Shown: in pieces, positions 9,349 to 18,496 of the stretch
How the letters are laid out: the number at the start of each line of letters is the position of its first letter
Numbering within the stretch: the first letter of the stretch is position 1
Assembly (NCBI GenBank): GCA_046754105.1
Contig: JBHHVD010000010.1
Span: 1-47,652, forward strand
DNA length: 47,652 nucleotides
Source of the DNA: Candidatus Krumholzibacteriia bacterium
Lineage (GTDB): Bacteria; Krumholzibacteriota; Krumholzibacteriia; WVZY01
Direction: 5' to 3'
Notes under the pieces: model-generated
What the model saw: only the letters and a program-made list of their open reading frames with translations
Databases searched by the model: none
What the model was told of the DNA's origin: nothing
Translations under genes and position numbers: made by a program

Positions 9349-10935
9349 TCAAGAGAGTTCCTGGATCAGATCCCGGAACGAGCTCAGGGAGACGATCTTG
9401 AAATCCTCCCGGTGGAGACGCGGATCGTCCTGAATCTCTATCTTGAACCGGTACTGGCGCTCCAGAGCGTCGATGGTCAGCCTCCGCTCCTCCTCCAGGT
9501 ACAGCGCCAGCGAGGAATTCACGCGGAGTTGGACCCGCTTTTCCCGGGTCTTGGAGCCCACCCTCCGGATGCACTGTTCGATCTTGTTGGCCAGCGAGGC
9601 GAAGGACAGCACCTTGCCCGTTCCCTTGCAGTAAGGGCACTCATCGCTGAAGAACGTCAGCAGGCTCGGCCGCACCCGCTTGCGGCTGACTTCCACCAGG
9701 CCCAGCTCGCTCACCGCGAACGCCTTGGCTCGTGAACGGTCCCGGCGCAGGTTCGAGCGCAGCTCGGCCAGCACCTTGCGCTTGTTGGCGTCCTTCTCCA
9801 TGTCGATAAAATCGATCACGATGATGCCGCCGATGTCACGCAGTCGCAGCTGCCGTGGGATTTCTCTCGCAGCGAGCATGTTGGTCTCGAAAATAGTCTC
9901 TTCCTGGTCGCGTTTGCCGACGAAACGGCCCGTGTTGACGTCGATCGCCACCAGCGCCTCGGTGGGGTCGATGATGATGTAGCCGCCCTTCTTGAGCCAG
10001 ACTTTGCGGTCGAGCGTTTTTTCGATCTCGCGCTCTATGTTGAATTTGTCGAAGATGGGCGTCTTGTCCCGGTAGTGTTTCACCCGCGAACAGAGGTTCG
10101 GGCTGAACGTCTTCAGGTAGCGAACAAGCTTCTTGTGCTCGCGCTCGCTGTCGATGAGGATGCGGCCGACGTCATCGGTCACCACGTCCCGCACCATTCC
10201 TACCAGTAACTCCACCTCTTCATGGATGAGGTGCGGAGCACTGACCTTCTCCGACTGCATTTTCAACTCCTGCCACAGTTTATGGAGATAGTTCATGTCG
10301 GAGACAATCTGTTTGGCCTCCACCCCGGCGCACGCCGTGCGGGCAATGATCGCGGAGTTACCCGGCTTCTTGCGTGAGATGAGGTTCTTCAGGCGCGAAC
10401 GCTCCTGGCGCGATTCGATTTTGCGCGAGACACCCAGGTAGTCGTAGTTGGGCACGTAGACTACGAAGCGCCCTGGCAGTGAGATCTGGGCCGACAGCCG
10501 CGGGCCCTTGGTGCCTATCGCCTCCTTGGTCACCTGGACCAGAACCTCCTGCCCCTTGTTGAGCATGCGCTCTATCGGCGGCCGCGCGTCCTTGTCGCGG
10601 CTGTCACGGCTGTCGCGGCTGTCGCGCTTGCTGCGCCTGCCGCGCGGTTCCCGGCGGCCGCCGCGACGGCGCGGCGTTTCGACGAGGTCGAAATCCTTGA
10701 ACCGGTCCATCGATCCCGCCAGATCACTGGCGTGGAGAAATCCGGCCTTGTCGTAGCCGATGTCCACGAAGGCGGCCTGAATTCCGGGGAGAATCGCGTT
10801 GACCTTGCCGAGGTAAACATCCCCGACCAGCCGTCGCGACTGTTCCCGCTCGACAAGGAAGTCCACGAGGTCACCGTCTTCGAGGGTGGCGACCCGTATT
10901 TCCTGCGACGTCATGTTAATGATAATCTCTTTCAT
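9349..10935 (-). CDS. rng: Ribonuclease E/G family
   Basis: S1 domain (AAFVDIG..GFLH, KEAIGTKGPRL), IDVNTG, RQLRLRDIGGIIVIDFIDM, Zn-link CPYC. Confidence 0.93.
   Translation of the reverse strand: MKEIIINMTSQEIRVATLEDGDLVDFLVEREQSRRLVGDVYLGKVNAILPGIQAAFVDIGYDKAGFLHASDLAGSMDRFKDFDLVETPRRRGGRREPRGRRSKRDSRDSRDSRDKDARPPIERMLNKGQEVLVQVTKEAIGTKGPRLSAQISLPGRFVVYVPNYDYLGVSRKIESRQERSRLKNLISRKKPGNSAIIARTACAGVEAKQIVSDMNYLHKLWQELKMQSEKVSAPHLIHEEVELLVGMVRDVVTDDVGRILIDSEREHKKLVRYLKTFSPNLCSRVKHYRDKTPIFDKFNIEREIEKTLDRKVWLKKGGYIIIDPTEALVAIDVNTGRFVGKRDQEETIFETNMLAAREIPRQLRLRDIGGIIVIDFIDMEKDANKRKVLAELRSNLRRDRSRAKAFAVSELGLVEVSRKRVRPSLLTFFSDECPYCKGTGKVLSFASLANKIEQCIRRVGSKTREKRVQLRVNSSLALYLEEERRLTIDALERQYRFKIEIQDDPRLHREDFKIVSLSSFRDLIQELS
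10592..10626. repeat. 9-bp tandem repeat (~3.5 copies) encoding RDS-RDS-RDK within RNase E/G
   Basis: tgtcgcggc tgtcacggc tgtcgcggc tgtcgcgc read directly from the sequence. Confidence 0.7.
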
Positions 10936-11687
10936 GATTTCCCTTGCACTGCTCCTTTACTGACCGGCGAGATGTATGAACCGTCTCTTTCCACGTAAAG
11001 GCCTTGTCGTACGACTTTGATTGGGATCTCGAGCCCACCGGGGTCCCCGCATAGCGGCTCGAGGAGCGCTTCGGGGAAGATGCTCCTGCCCTGGTGCATC
11101 GAACTCATGTAGTCGATCTCGATCCCGCCGGTCCCTTCGATTATTTCCAATTCGAGGAGTTCGGGGTCATCGGCGTGTTCGCCGTCCCGGTCCTCGTTCA
11201 GAACGTGTTCTCGGATCATGGCTTCCAGCTCCGGCCGCCGTGTCGGACCCACGGCGCTGTTCGTGGGCCCGCCGCTTCCCCGGGCGGCGGCAGTTCCCTC
11301 TGCCCCTGGGATCGCCGCGACCGGGTTGCGCCGATCGACGAAAACGGCGTAGCGCGCCGCCTTGACGTCGTTCGAGAGTTTCGGCACGGACGGCTCGACA
11401 TCCGCCGTTTCCACGATGCGGAGCCCTTCCGGCAGCCCGGCATTGCACGCCGCTCCAAAATCCAGGACGGGTCTCTCCAACAGCACATCCATACATTCGC
11501 CGAGGCCTTCCCAACCGGTCCGCAGCGACGGACCGAACGACAGCCGCGGGTGGGGATTGAATCCATGGGAGTAACAGACCGGAACGTTACCGGCGGCCAG
11601 AGTCCGCCGGAACAACCGGATGGTATCCCGGTGCGATGCAAAGCGGATCGCACCCACCTTTTCGTATTTGATTCGAAGGCGAACCAT
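10932..11687 (-). CDS. DUF2344 / TIGR03936-type radical-SAM-associated protein
   Basis: RIKYEK.G.IRF.SH.D, YSHGFNPHPRLSFGPSL, LPEGL; usual position upstream of RNase G. Confidence 0.85.
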   Translation of the reverse strand: MVRLRIKYEKVGAIRFASHRDTIRLFRRTLAAGNVPVCYSHGFNPHPRLSFGPSLRTGWEGLGECMDVLLERPVLDFGAACNAGLPEGLRIVETADVEPSVPKLSNDVKAARYAVFVDRRNPVAAIPGAEGTAAARGSGGPTNSAVGPTRRPELEAMIREHVLNEDRDGEHADDPELLELEIIEGTGGIEIDYMSSMHQGRSIFPEALLEPLCGDPGGLEIPIKVVRQGLYVERDGSYISPVSKGAVQGKS

Positions 11688-11788
11688 GCGAATCAACGAA
11701 TACGGCCGGGCCGTGTTGTAGAGGTATTGTGTGTTCGCTGTTGTCGACCGGCCGCTGACCGCCTGGCCGCCCTGAGCGGCCACGCGCG

Positions 11789-13192
11789 TCAGGATACTCG
11801 CAAGCTGTCCTCGAGCACGGCCTTGTGATGATCGGTCGACACCGGGATCACATATTCACCGTTGAAGCACGCGTAACAGAAATTCTCGGGGTCGCTGACG
11901 ACCGTTCGCAGATCCTCGAGCGTGAGGTACTCGAGACTATCGACGTTGAGAAATTCCCTGATCTCCTCAGTTGAATGGGACGAGGCGATCAGTTCGCTGC
12001 GCTCGGGAATATCGATCCCGTAAAAGCAGGGGAATTGGATAGGGGGGGAACAAATCCTAAGGTGCACCTCTTTTACACCTGACTTGCGGAGCATTTGTAC
12101 GAGTTTCTTCATTGTGGAACCGCGGACAATCGAATCATCTACCACCGCAACCCTCTTGCCTTTCAGTATCCCCTTGACGGGGTTGAACTTGACCCGTACG
12201 TCTCCTTCCCGAAGTGCCTGCTCGGGCTGGATGAACGTCCTTCCCACGTAGTGATTCCGGATGAGCCCCAACTCGAAAGGAAGCCCCGATTCCCGGGCGA
12301 ATCCCAGCGTCGAGGTGTTGCTCGAGTCCGGGACGGCGATCACGAGATCGGCGTCCACCGGATGATTTCTCGCCAGAACGGTTCCCAGCCGGCGGCGAAC
12401 TTTGTCCACGTTCTCCTCGAAAACAATGCTGTCCGGGCGCGAAAAGTAGATGAACTCGAATATGCATTTCGCCTGGGCAGTCGATTTTTCGGCCTGTAGC
12501 GACGTCATCCCCCTCTCGTCCACAATGACGAGTTCCCCTGGTCGGACGTCTCTAACGTATTCTGCTCCAATTATATCCAGCGCACAAGATTCGCTGGTCA
12601 GGATCGTACTCTCTCCCAACCGCCCGATGCACAACGGGCGGAGGCCGGACGGGTCTCGTACTCCGATAAGCTTGTCTTTCGTCATAAGCAACAGCGAATA
12701 CGCGCCGCTAACCCGTGACACGGCATCGATTATCATATTCTCCAACCGCTCTTCTCTACTCCTGGCAATCAGATGGAGAATTATTTCGCTGTCCATCGCG
12801 GTCGCAAAGATCGAACCAGCACGCTCCATCTCCCTGCGAATCTCCAAGGCGTTTACCAGGTTGCCGTTATGCGCCAGTGCCACCCTGCCGATTTTGCAGT
12901 TCACCAGCAGCGGTTGGATGTTGGACACCCGCGTCAAGCCGGTGGTGGAATACCGGTTGTGTCCGATGGCCAGCCGGCCCTCGAGCCGGCCGAGACTTTC
13001 CTCGCCGTAAATCTGCGACACCAGGCCCATCCCCCGGTGCTCATGGACCTTCGAGCCGTCCGAGGAGACGATGCCGGCGCTCTCCTGCCCCCGGTGCTGC
13101 AACGCGTACAGCCCGAGAAACGTGTTATGCGCGGCCTGGTTGTGGTTCTGGATGCCGAACAAACCGCAGTATTCGCGAGGGGCGTCAATCAT
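11789..13192 (-). CDS. purF: Amidophosphoribosyltransferase (propeptide, Fe-S type)
   Basis: EYCGLFG, LQHRGQESAG, HNRYST, HNGNLVN, VDDSIVRGST; Cys ligands in CIFE, CFYG, CYAC. Confidence 0.98.
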   Translation of the reverse strand: MIDAPREYCGLFGIQNHNQAAHNTFLGLYALQHRGQESAGIVSSDGSKVHEHRGMGLVSQIYGEESLGRLEGRLAIGHNRYSTTGLTRVSNIQPLLVNCKIGRVALAHNGNLVNALEIRREMERAGSIFATAMDSEIILHLIARSREERLENMIIDAVSRVSGAYSLLLMTKDKLIGVRDPSGLRPLCIGRLGESTILTSESCALDIIGAEYVRDVRPGELVIVDERGMTSLQAEKSTAQAKCIFEFIYFSRPDSIVFEENVDKVRRRLGTVLARNHPVDADLVIAVPDSSNTSTLGFARESGLPFELGLIRNHYVGRTFIQPEQALREGDVRVKFNPVKGILKGKRVAVVDDSIVRGSTMKKLVQMLRKSGVKEVHLRICSPPIQFPCFYGIDIPERSELIASSHSTEEIREFLNVDSLEYLTLEDLRTVVSDPENFCYACFNGEYVIPVSTDHHKAVLEDSLRVS

Positions 13193-13866
13193 CAAAGCTC
13201 ACCAATTCTCTCTACCGAGCGCACCTGAAACGACTGCGCGTTCGGGTTCAAGAGGAGTCCCCGGTCCCTGCTCTTCGAAACAACGATCCTCTCGGTCTCG
13301 GCCATCGCCTCCGCCGTCGAGGCGGCGCGCACCGCCAGGTACCAGCAGGTCCCCAACGCGGACACGGTTACGTTGGCCGCCGAGAGCTCGGACTCAACTC
13401 GTTTAGCCAGAGCGAGTTTAGGGAAGGGGTCCCGGTCTTCCACCAGAACCTCCGTCCGGAAGATCGGAACACGGTCTAAGTTAACCTGATTCGGTCCGCT
13501 TTTTCCATTGAATTCTTGAGAATCGTCAAGCCCTTGCCGCCTCGTCACATCCCGGGTCAGGTAGCCGAGGAGGTCCTCGAGCGGGACGCCCTCGACCTTA
13601 CGGCCGTCGCCGCCCCACTCGAATTCGATCAAATGCTTGTGCTTATTTCTGTTATAGAACTCACTCTGCGTTGACATCATCCGCGTCACCGCCGGCACCG
13701 CGCGCCGGGGTTCGGGGCCGGTGATTTCGAACTCGGCAAAATCGAGCCTGCGGATGGCCAGCAGCCGGCCCGCGTAGCCCATCTTGTCGCAAAGCGTTCG
13801 GTAGGCGGTACGGGTCACCAGGTCGGTGCCCTTCAGCCACACCCGCAGGCGCACTCCGGTCTTCAT
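13192..13866 (-). CDS. PurS-like protein with two tandem PurS-type domains
   Basis: Between purQ and purF with ATGA and TGATG overlaps; two repeats ending FYNRNKH and LLLNPNAQ (compare PurS LLANPVIE). Confidence 0.65.
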   Translation of the reverse strand: MKTGVRLRVWLKGTDLVTRTAYRTLCDKMGYAGRLLAIRRLDFAEFEITGPEPRRAVPAVTRMMSTQSEFYNRNKHKHLIEFEWGGDGRKVEGVPLEDLLGYLTRDVTRRQGLDDSQEFNGKSGPNQVNLDRVPIFRTEVLVEDRDPFPKLALAKRVESELSAANVTVSALGTCWYLAVRAASTAEAMAETERIVVSKSRDRGLLLNPNAQSFQVRSVERIGEL

Positions 13867-14687
13867 CGACCCAACCCCTTCCTGAGCGACTCGAAGAATC
13901 CGCGCCCCGGTCCCGGGTCGTAGAGTCCCGCCCGCCGGACGGACGCGCGCGCCCTGCCCCATGCGCCGCCCACCCCGCGCGGCACCTGGTACATCCACGA
14001 CGCCCGTTCCGGGTGGGGCATCATCGCGAGGACGTTTCCGTCGGGGTTGGTGATCCCGGCAATCGCGTAGCTCGAGCCGTTGGGATTATCCGGAAACACG
14101 GCCGGCGCGGATCCGTCGGCGGACGCGTAGTAGAGCGCGACTCCCTCGCCCGCTCGAAGCCGGCGATCCCCGTCGGCGGACGCCGTTACAAAGCGGCCCT
14201 CGGCGTGCGCCATCGGGACGGGAAGCGTCCCGCTGTCTTCGACGGCGTCCTTCAGGAACTCCGTGAACACACAGGTTGCCTCACCCCGCTTGAGGCGAAT
14301 CCAGTTGCAGTAGTAGCCGGTCCTATCGGGCATTCGGTTCGGCGCGAGAGCCAGGTCGATGCTGCCGGGTGTGAACCCGGGCACCGCCCCCGCCTCGACG
14401 AGCACCTGCGCGCCGTTGCATATGCCCAGGACGGGTACGCCCCGGGCGGCTGCATCGAGCACGTCGTCCATGATCCGGTCCTTGGCGGCGACAACGCCGG
14501 CCCGGATTCGGTCCTGGTAGGAGAACCCACCGGGCAGGATCACCGCCACCGCGTTCTTCAGCACACCCCCGGTAGCGTTCCAGCGTACGATGCGGCCGGA
14601 CAGGCCGACCGCCTCCAAAGCGCGCACGGTCTCGTACTCGCAGTTGACTCCTGGAAACTGGATGACGACTACGTCAGGGTTCATCAT
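13863..14687 (-). CDS. purQ: FGAM synthase glutaminase subunit
   Basis: FPGVNCE, PGGFSYQD, GICNG, AHAEG, NPNGS, MMPHPER. Confidence 0.97.
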   Translation of the reverse strand: MMNPDVVVIQFPGVNCEYETVRALEAVGLSGRIVRWNATGGVLKNAVAVILPGGFSYQDRIRAGVVAAKDRIMDDVLDAAARGVPVLGICNGAQVLVEAGAVPGFTPGSIDLALAPNRMPDRTGYYCNWIRLKRGEATCVFTEFLKDAVEDSGTLPVPMAHAEGRFVTASADGDRRLRAGEGVALYYASADGSAPAVFPDNPNGSSYAIAGITNPDGNVLAMMPHPERASWMYQVPRGVGGAWGRARASVRRAGLYDPGPGRGFFESLRKGLGR

Positions 14688-14693
14688 GGTTCC

Positions 14694-17072
14694 TCAAACG
14701 AACAGCCGGTTGCACTCGCCGTGAACGCGGTACGCATCGTCGAGTTGCCCGACGGACAGATCGATGGTCTGCCCGGGAAGGATCACCCGGAGCCGGCCGT
14801 CTTCGGTCGTGGCGCCGAGGTCGAGCCATTTCGCTTCATTTCTCGCGAGAACGTCCTGGAACACCGGCCACTTGTCGGCGTCGACCTCGACCACAACACC
14901 CCCGTACTCGCTGAAGAGAAAGGCCCCCGCGGGCGAGTCCCCTCCGAAACCGCCGCCGAAATCGATCCGGCAGCCGAGGTCGAAGGGAGCGCTCTTCATC
15001 ACCATCTCCGAGAGTGTCACGAGTAGTCCGCCATGGCTGATGTCATGGGCCGAAAGGATCACCTCCTCACCGAATCCATCCAGTAGCGCTCGCAGGATCC
15101 CGTTTTCCATTTTCAGATCGGGGCGAGGTGGCTCGAGCACGTAGCCGGTGGCAAACAGCCGCGCGTACTCACTGCCGCCCAGCCGGTCGTGGAGTTCTCC
15201 GAGCAGCACGATCCTCGAACCCGCCTCCCGGAACGCCATTCCCCGGGACTTGCTGACGTCGTCGACACGTCCCGCGCACGCGACGATGGGTGTCGGTGCG
15301 ATCGGCTCCCCCTCTCCACTCTGGTTGTAGAACGACACGTTCCCCGAGACGACGGGGAGCACGTCCGACGGATCCCCGGACAAGTGCAGTCCGCGGCACG
15401 CGTCTGACACACCCCGCACCCCTTCCGCAAATTCCCAGAACACGTGTGGGTCCTCCGGGTCCCCGTAGTTCAGACAATCGGTCACTGCAAGGGGCATCCC
15501 GGCCGCACAGGCGACGTTGCGCGCCGCCTCGAGTACCGCCCACACCCCACCGAGATAGGGATCCAACCGTCCCAGGCTCGAGTTTCCCCCCACGGCGGTC
15601 GCAACCCCGAGGGTCTCACCCGGCAGAAACACGGCCACCGCCGCGTCCGCCTCGCCCGGACGCAGCACCGCGCGGCCCCGCACTTCCGAATCGTAGTGGC
15701 GGAAGAGGATCGATTTGTCGGCAACGTTCGCCGAGGAGAGAAGCCCGACCAGCGCCTCGTCCAGCGGCGGATCGGTCGCCGGGGTCGAGGGGCGTGTGTG
15801 GGGGCTCGGCGGGCGCGCCTTTTTTTGTCGCTCGTACTCGATGCCGGTCGTGATTACATCCACGCCGGCGTCGCACACGAGGTTATCGCCGGATTCCAGT
15901 TTGAAGCGCTTCTCCGTCGTCGTGTGTCCGATCACGTACGCACCGGCTCCCGTATAGAGGTGTGGAAGTTCGAACTCATCGTTGTAGATTTCGCAGACTC
16001 GCCGTGTAAAATCCCGGGGAACGATCATCGCGTACCGTTCCTGCGTCTCCGAACAGGCGATGACCTCGTCGGCCAGGTTCACCGACGACTTGCTCACCGC
16101 ACCGAGGTCCAGAACGGCCCCCACACCAGCCGCCTGCGCCATCTCCGATACGGCACAACTAATGCCGCCGGCACCGAGGTCTTTGAACCCGATGTCGACG
16201 CCGCCCCCCTTCGCCTCGGCAAGCACCACGCGCGTCGCTTCGGCCAGCACCCGCTTCAGGAACGGATCCGGTATCTGCACGGCTTCCTGCTTCTCCTCCG
16301 CCTCGTCCCCGCTGAGCCTCTCCGAGGCGAACGCCGCTCCCCCAAACCCCGAGGCGTCGGTGGGCTTGCCGATGAGTACGATGTCGTGCGGGGTCTTTCC
16401 GGCCGCTGCCGGCGCGCGACTGCGGATGATGTCCTCCTCCGCCACGACGCCGACGGCCACCACGTTGACCAGGCAGTTGTCGTCAAAACTCGCGTCGAAG
16501 TACGTATCTCCCCCGTAGTTCGGCACGCCGAGCGCGTTGCCGTACTGGGCGATGCCCTCTACGACGCCACGCACGATGTCCCGCACCCGGCCCGCGTTGG
16601 GCCCACCCGGGTCACCGAACCGCAGCGGGTCAAGGCAGCCAATCACCTCGGCGCCCATACAATAGACGTCGCGGACGATACCCCCGATGCCGGTTGCGGC
16701 GCCTTCCACCGGCAGCACCTGCGATGGATGGTTGTGGCTCTCGTGTGCCAGCACGAGACAGTACGTCTTGCCGTCCTTCTCGTGAAACCGGACGATCCCG
16801 GCGTCCTCGCCGGGCCCCAGCACGACGTGCGGCGCCTGTGTCGGCAGCAGCGAGCGCAGCAGCCCCTTCGAGCTCTTGTAGGAGCAGTGCTCGCTCCACA
16901 TAATATTGAAGATGTGGAGCTCAACCGGCGTCGGATTGCGCCCGAGAAGCGAGCGCACTTGTTCGAGTTCGTTGGGCTTGAGGCTGATGTTCTGCCCGGC
17001 AAGGTATTCCCTCAACCGCGCATCGTGCGGGTCATCCAGGGCGACAGTGTCTTGTTTCCGAATCGTTCTCAT
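14694..17072 (-). CDS. purL: FGAM synthase small PurL
   Basis: MWSEHCSYKSS, ESHNHPS, GAATGIGGIVRD, DLGAGG, SETQER, SGNVSFYN, HDISHGG. Confidence 0.98.
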   Translation of the reverse strand: MRTIRKQDTVALDDPHDARLREYLAGQNISLKPNELEQVRSLLGRNPTPVELHIFNIMWSEHCSYKSSKGLLRSLLPTQAPHVVLGPGEDAGIVRFHEKDGKTYCLVLAHESHNHPSQVLPVEGAATGIGGIVRDVYCMGAEVIGCLDPLRFGDPGGPNAGRVRDIVRGVVEGIAQYGNALGVPNYGGDTYFDASFDDNCLVNVVAVGVVAEEDIIRSRAPAAAGKTPHDIVLIGKPTDASGFGGAAFASERLSGDEAEEKQEAVQIPDPFLKRVLAEATRVVLAEAKGGGVDIGFKDLGAGGISCAVSEMAQAAGVGAVLDLGAVSKSSVNLADEVIACSETQERYAMIVPRDFTRRVCEIYNDEFELPHLYTGAGAYVIGHTTTEKRFKLESGDNLVCDAGVDVITTGIEYERQKKARPPSPHTRPSTPATDPPLDEALVGLLSSANVADKSILFRHYDSEVRGRAVLRPGEADAAVAVFLPGETLGVATAVGGNSSLGRLDPYLGGVWAVLEAARNVACAAGMPLAVTDCLNYGDPEDPHVFWEFAEGVRGVSDACRGLHLSGDPSDVLPVVSGNVSFYNQSGEGEPIAPTPIVACAGRVDDVSKSRGMAFREAGSRIVLLGELHDRLGGSEYARLFATGYVLEPPRPDLKMENGILRALLDGFGEEVILSAHDISHGGLLVTLSEMVMKSAPFDLGCRIDFGGGFGGDSPAGAFLFSEYGGVVVEVDADKWPVFQDVLARNEAKWLDLGATTEDGRLRVILPGQTIDLSVGQLDDAYRVHGECNRLFV

Positions 17073-17186
17073 GGGTTATTGCAGGGGGCGATGATCGCCC
17101 CCTGCCCCTGTTTCTGGCGATAAAACACATACGCCGCGGTCACAATGCCGCGACGTGTCAGGGTCCGTGATCGATCGCCGGTTGAA

Positions 17187-18476
17187 CTAGAGTACGCGAT
17201 CGAAGATCGCGTCTACTTCTTTGACAAAAGTGTCCAATGAAAATATTTCGTCCATCCTGCCACTTTCGAGTCGCGAAGTGATGGCCTCGCGCTCGCGCAC
17301 CGAAGCTTCAAACGATTTCCCCGTCTTCCAGGTCTCCATCGCCGCTTCCTGCGTTACCGCGTACGCCTCTTCTCTCGTAATGCCGGTGGCGGTCAGTTCG
17401 AGCAGGAGTTTTTGAGAATAGATCAACCCGTTTGTTTTCTCCAGGTTTTTCATCATATTCTCCGGATAAACGATCAACTTCTCGATCACCCACGAGAATT
17501 TCGCGAGCATGTAGTCCAGCGCGATCGTCACGTCAGGCAGTATCACGCGCTCGACGGACGAGTGGCTGATGTCTCGCTCGTGCCACAGTGCGACGTTCTC
17601 CAACGCAACCATCGCATCCGCCCGCACGAGCCGTGCCAGGCCACACACCCGCTCCGATATGATCGGATTGCGTTTGTGCGGCATCGCCGAGCTTCCTTTC
17701 TGTCCCGACCCGAAGAACTCCTCGACTTCCAGTATGTCGGTCCGCTGCAGGTTTCGTATCTCGGTGGCCATCTTGTCGAGCGAGGCGGCAAGCACCGCCA
17801 GCGTCGTCACGAATTCCGCGTGCCGGTCGCGCTGAACGATCTGGGTCGACACGGGCGCCCGGCTCAAACCGAGCTTGCCCATGACGTACTCCTCCACCCG
17901 CGGGTCGAGATGGGCGTACGTTCCGACGGCGCCGGATATCTTGCCGCAGGAAACGGTCGCGATCGCACTCTCAAGAGACGCCTGGCGGCGCGTAATCTCG
18001 TCGTACCACAGCAGCATCTTCAACCCGAACGTGATGGGTTCCGCGTGGATGCCGTGGGTGCGCCCGACCTGGACCGTTTTCTTGTGCTTCAGTGCCTGGG
18101 CCTTCAGCGCCTCTTTGAGTTTCGCACACCGGTCCAGGATGAGCCCGCCGGCTTCCTTCAGCTGGCAGGAGAGCGCCGTATCCAGCAGGTCCGAACTGGT
18201 CATCCCCAGGTGGATATACCGGGACTCCGGCCCGACGTTTTCGGCCACATTGGTCAGAAACGCGATGACGTCGTGCTGCGTGGTTTCTTCGATCTCGAGG
18301 ATTCGCTCCGGGGTGAAGGCCGCTTTTTCCTTTATGACGGCGACCGCGTCGGCGGGTATTTCACCCAGCTCGGCGAGCGCCTCGCAGGCGAGGATTTCGA
18401 TTCTGAGCCATGTCGTGAACTTGTTTTCGTCCGACCAGACCTTCCCCATTTCGGGCAAGGTATAGCGTTCTATCAT
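17187..18476 (-). CDS. purB: Adenylosuccinate lyase
   Basis: MIERY, HDVIAF, GRTHGIHAEP, GSSAMPHKRNP. Confidence 0.99.
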   Translation of the reverse strand: MIERYTLPEMGKVWSDENKFTTWLRIEILACEALAELGEIPADAVAVIKEKAAFTPERILEIEETTQHDVIAFLTNVAENVGPESRYIHLGMTSSDLLDTALSCQLKEAGGLILDRCAKLKEALKAQALKHKKTVQVGRTHGIHAEPITFGLKMLLWYDEITRRQASLESAIATVSCGKISGAVGTYAHLDPRVEEYVMGKLGLSRAPVSTQIVQRDRHAEFVTTLAVLAASLDKMATEIRNLQRTDILEVEEFFGSGQKGSSAMPHKRNPIISERVCGLARLVRADAMVALENVALWHERDISHSSVERVILPDVTIALDYMLAKFSWVIEKLIVYPENMMKNLEKTNGLIYSQKLLLELTATGITREEAYAVTQEAAMETWKTGKSFEASVREREAITSRLESGRMDEIFSLDTFVKEVDAIFDRVL

Positions 18477-18496
18477 CGGTTCTCCGTTTCCACCGG

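Noticed and set aside
8738..9640. 300-aa alternative-frame ORF across rng, rplU and rpmA
   Set aside because: It overlaps three conserved genes and has no recognisable domain.
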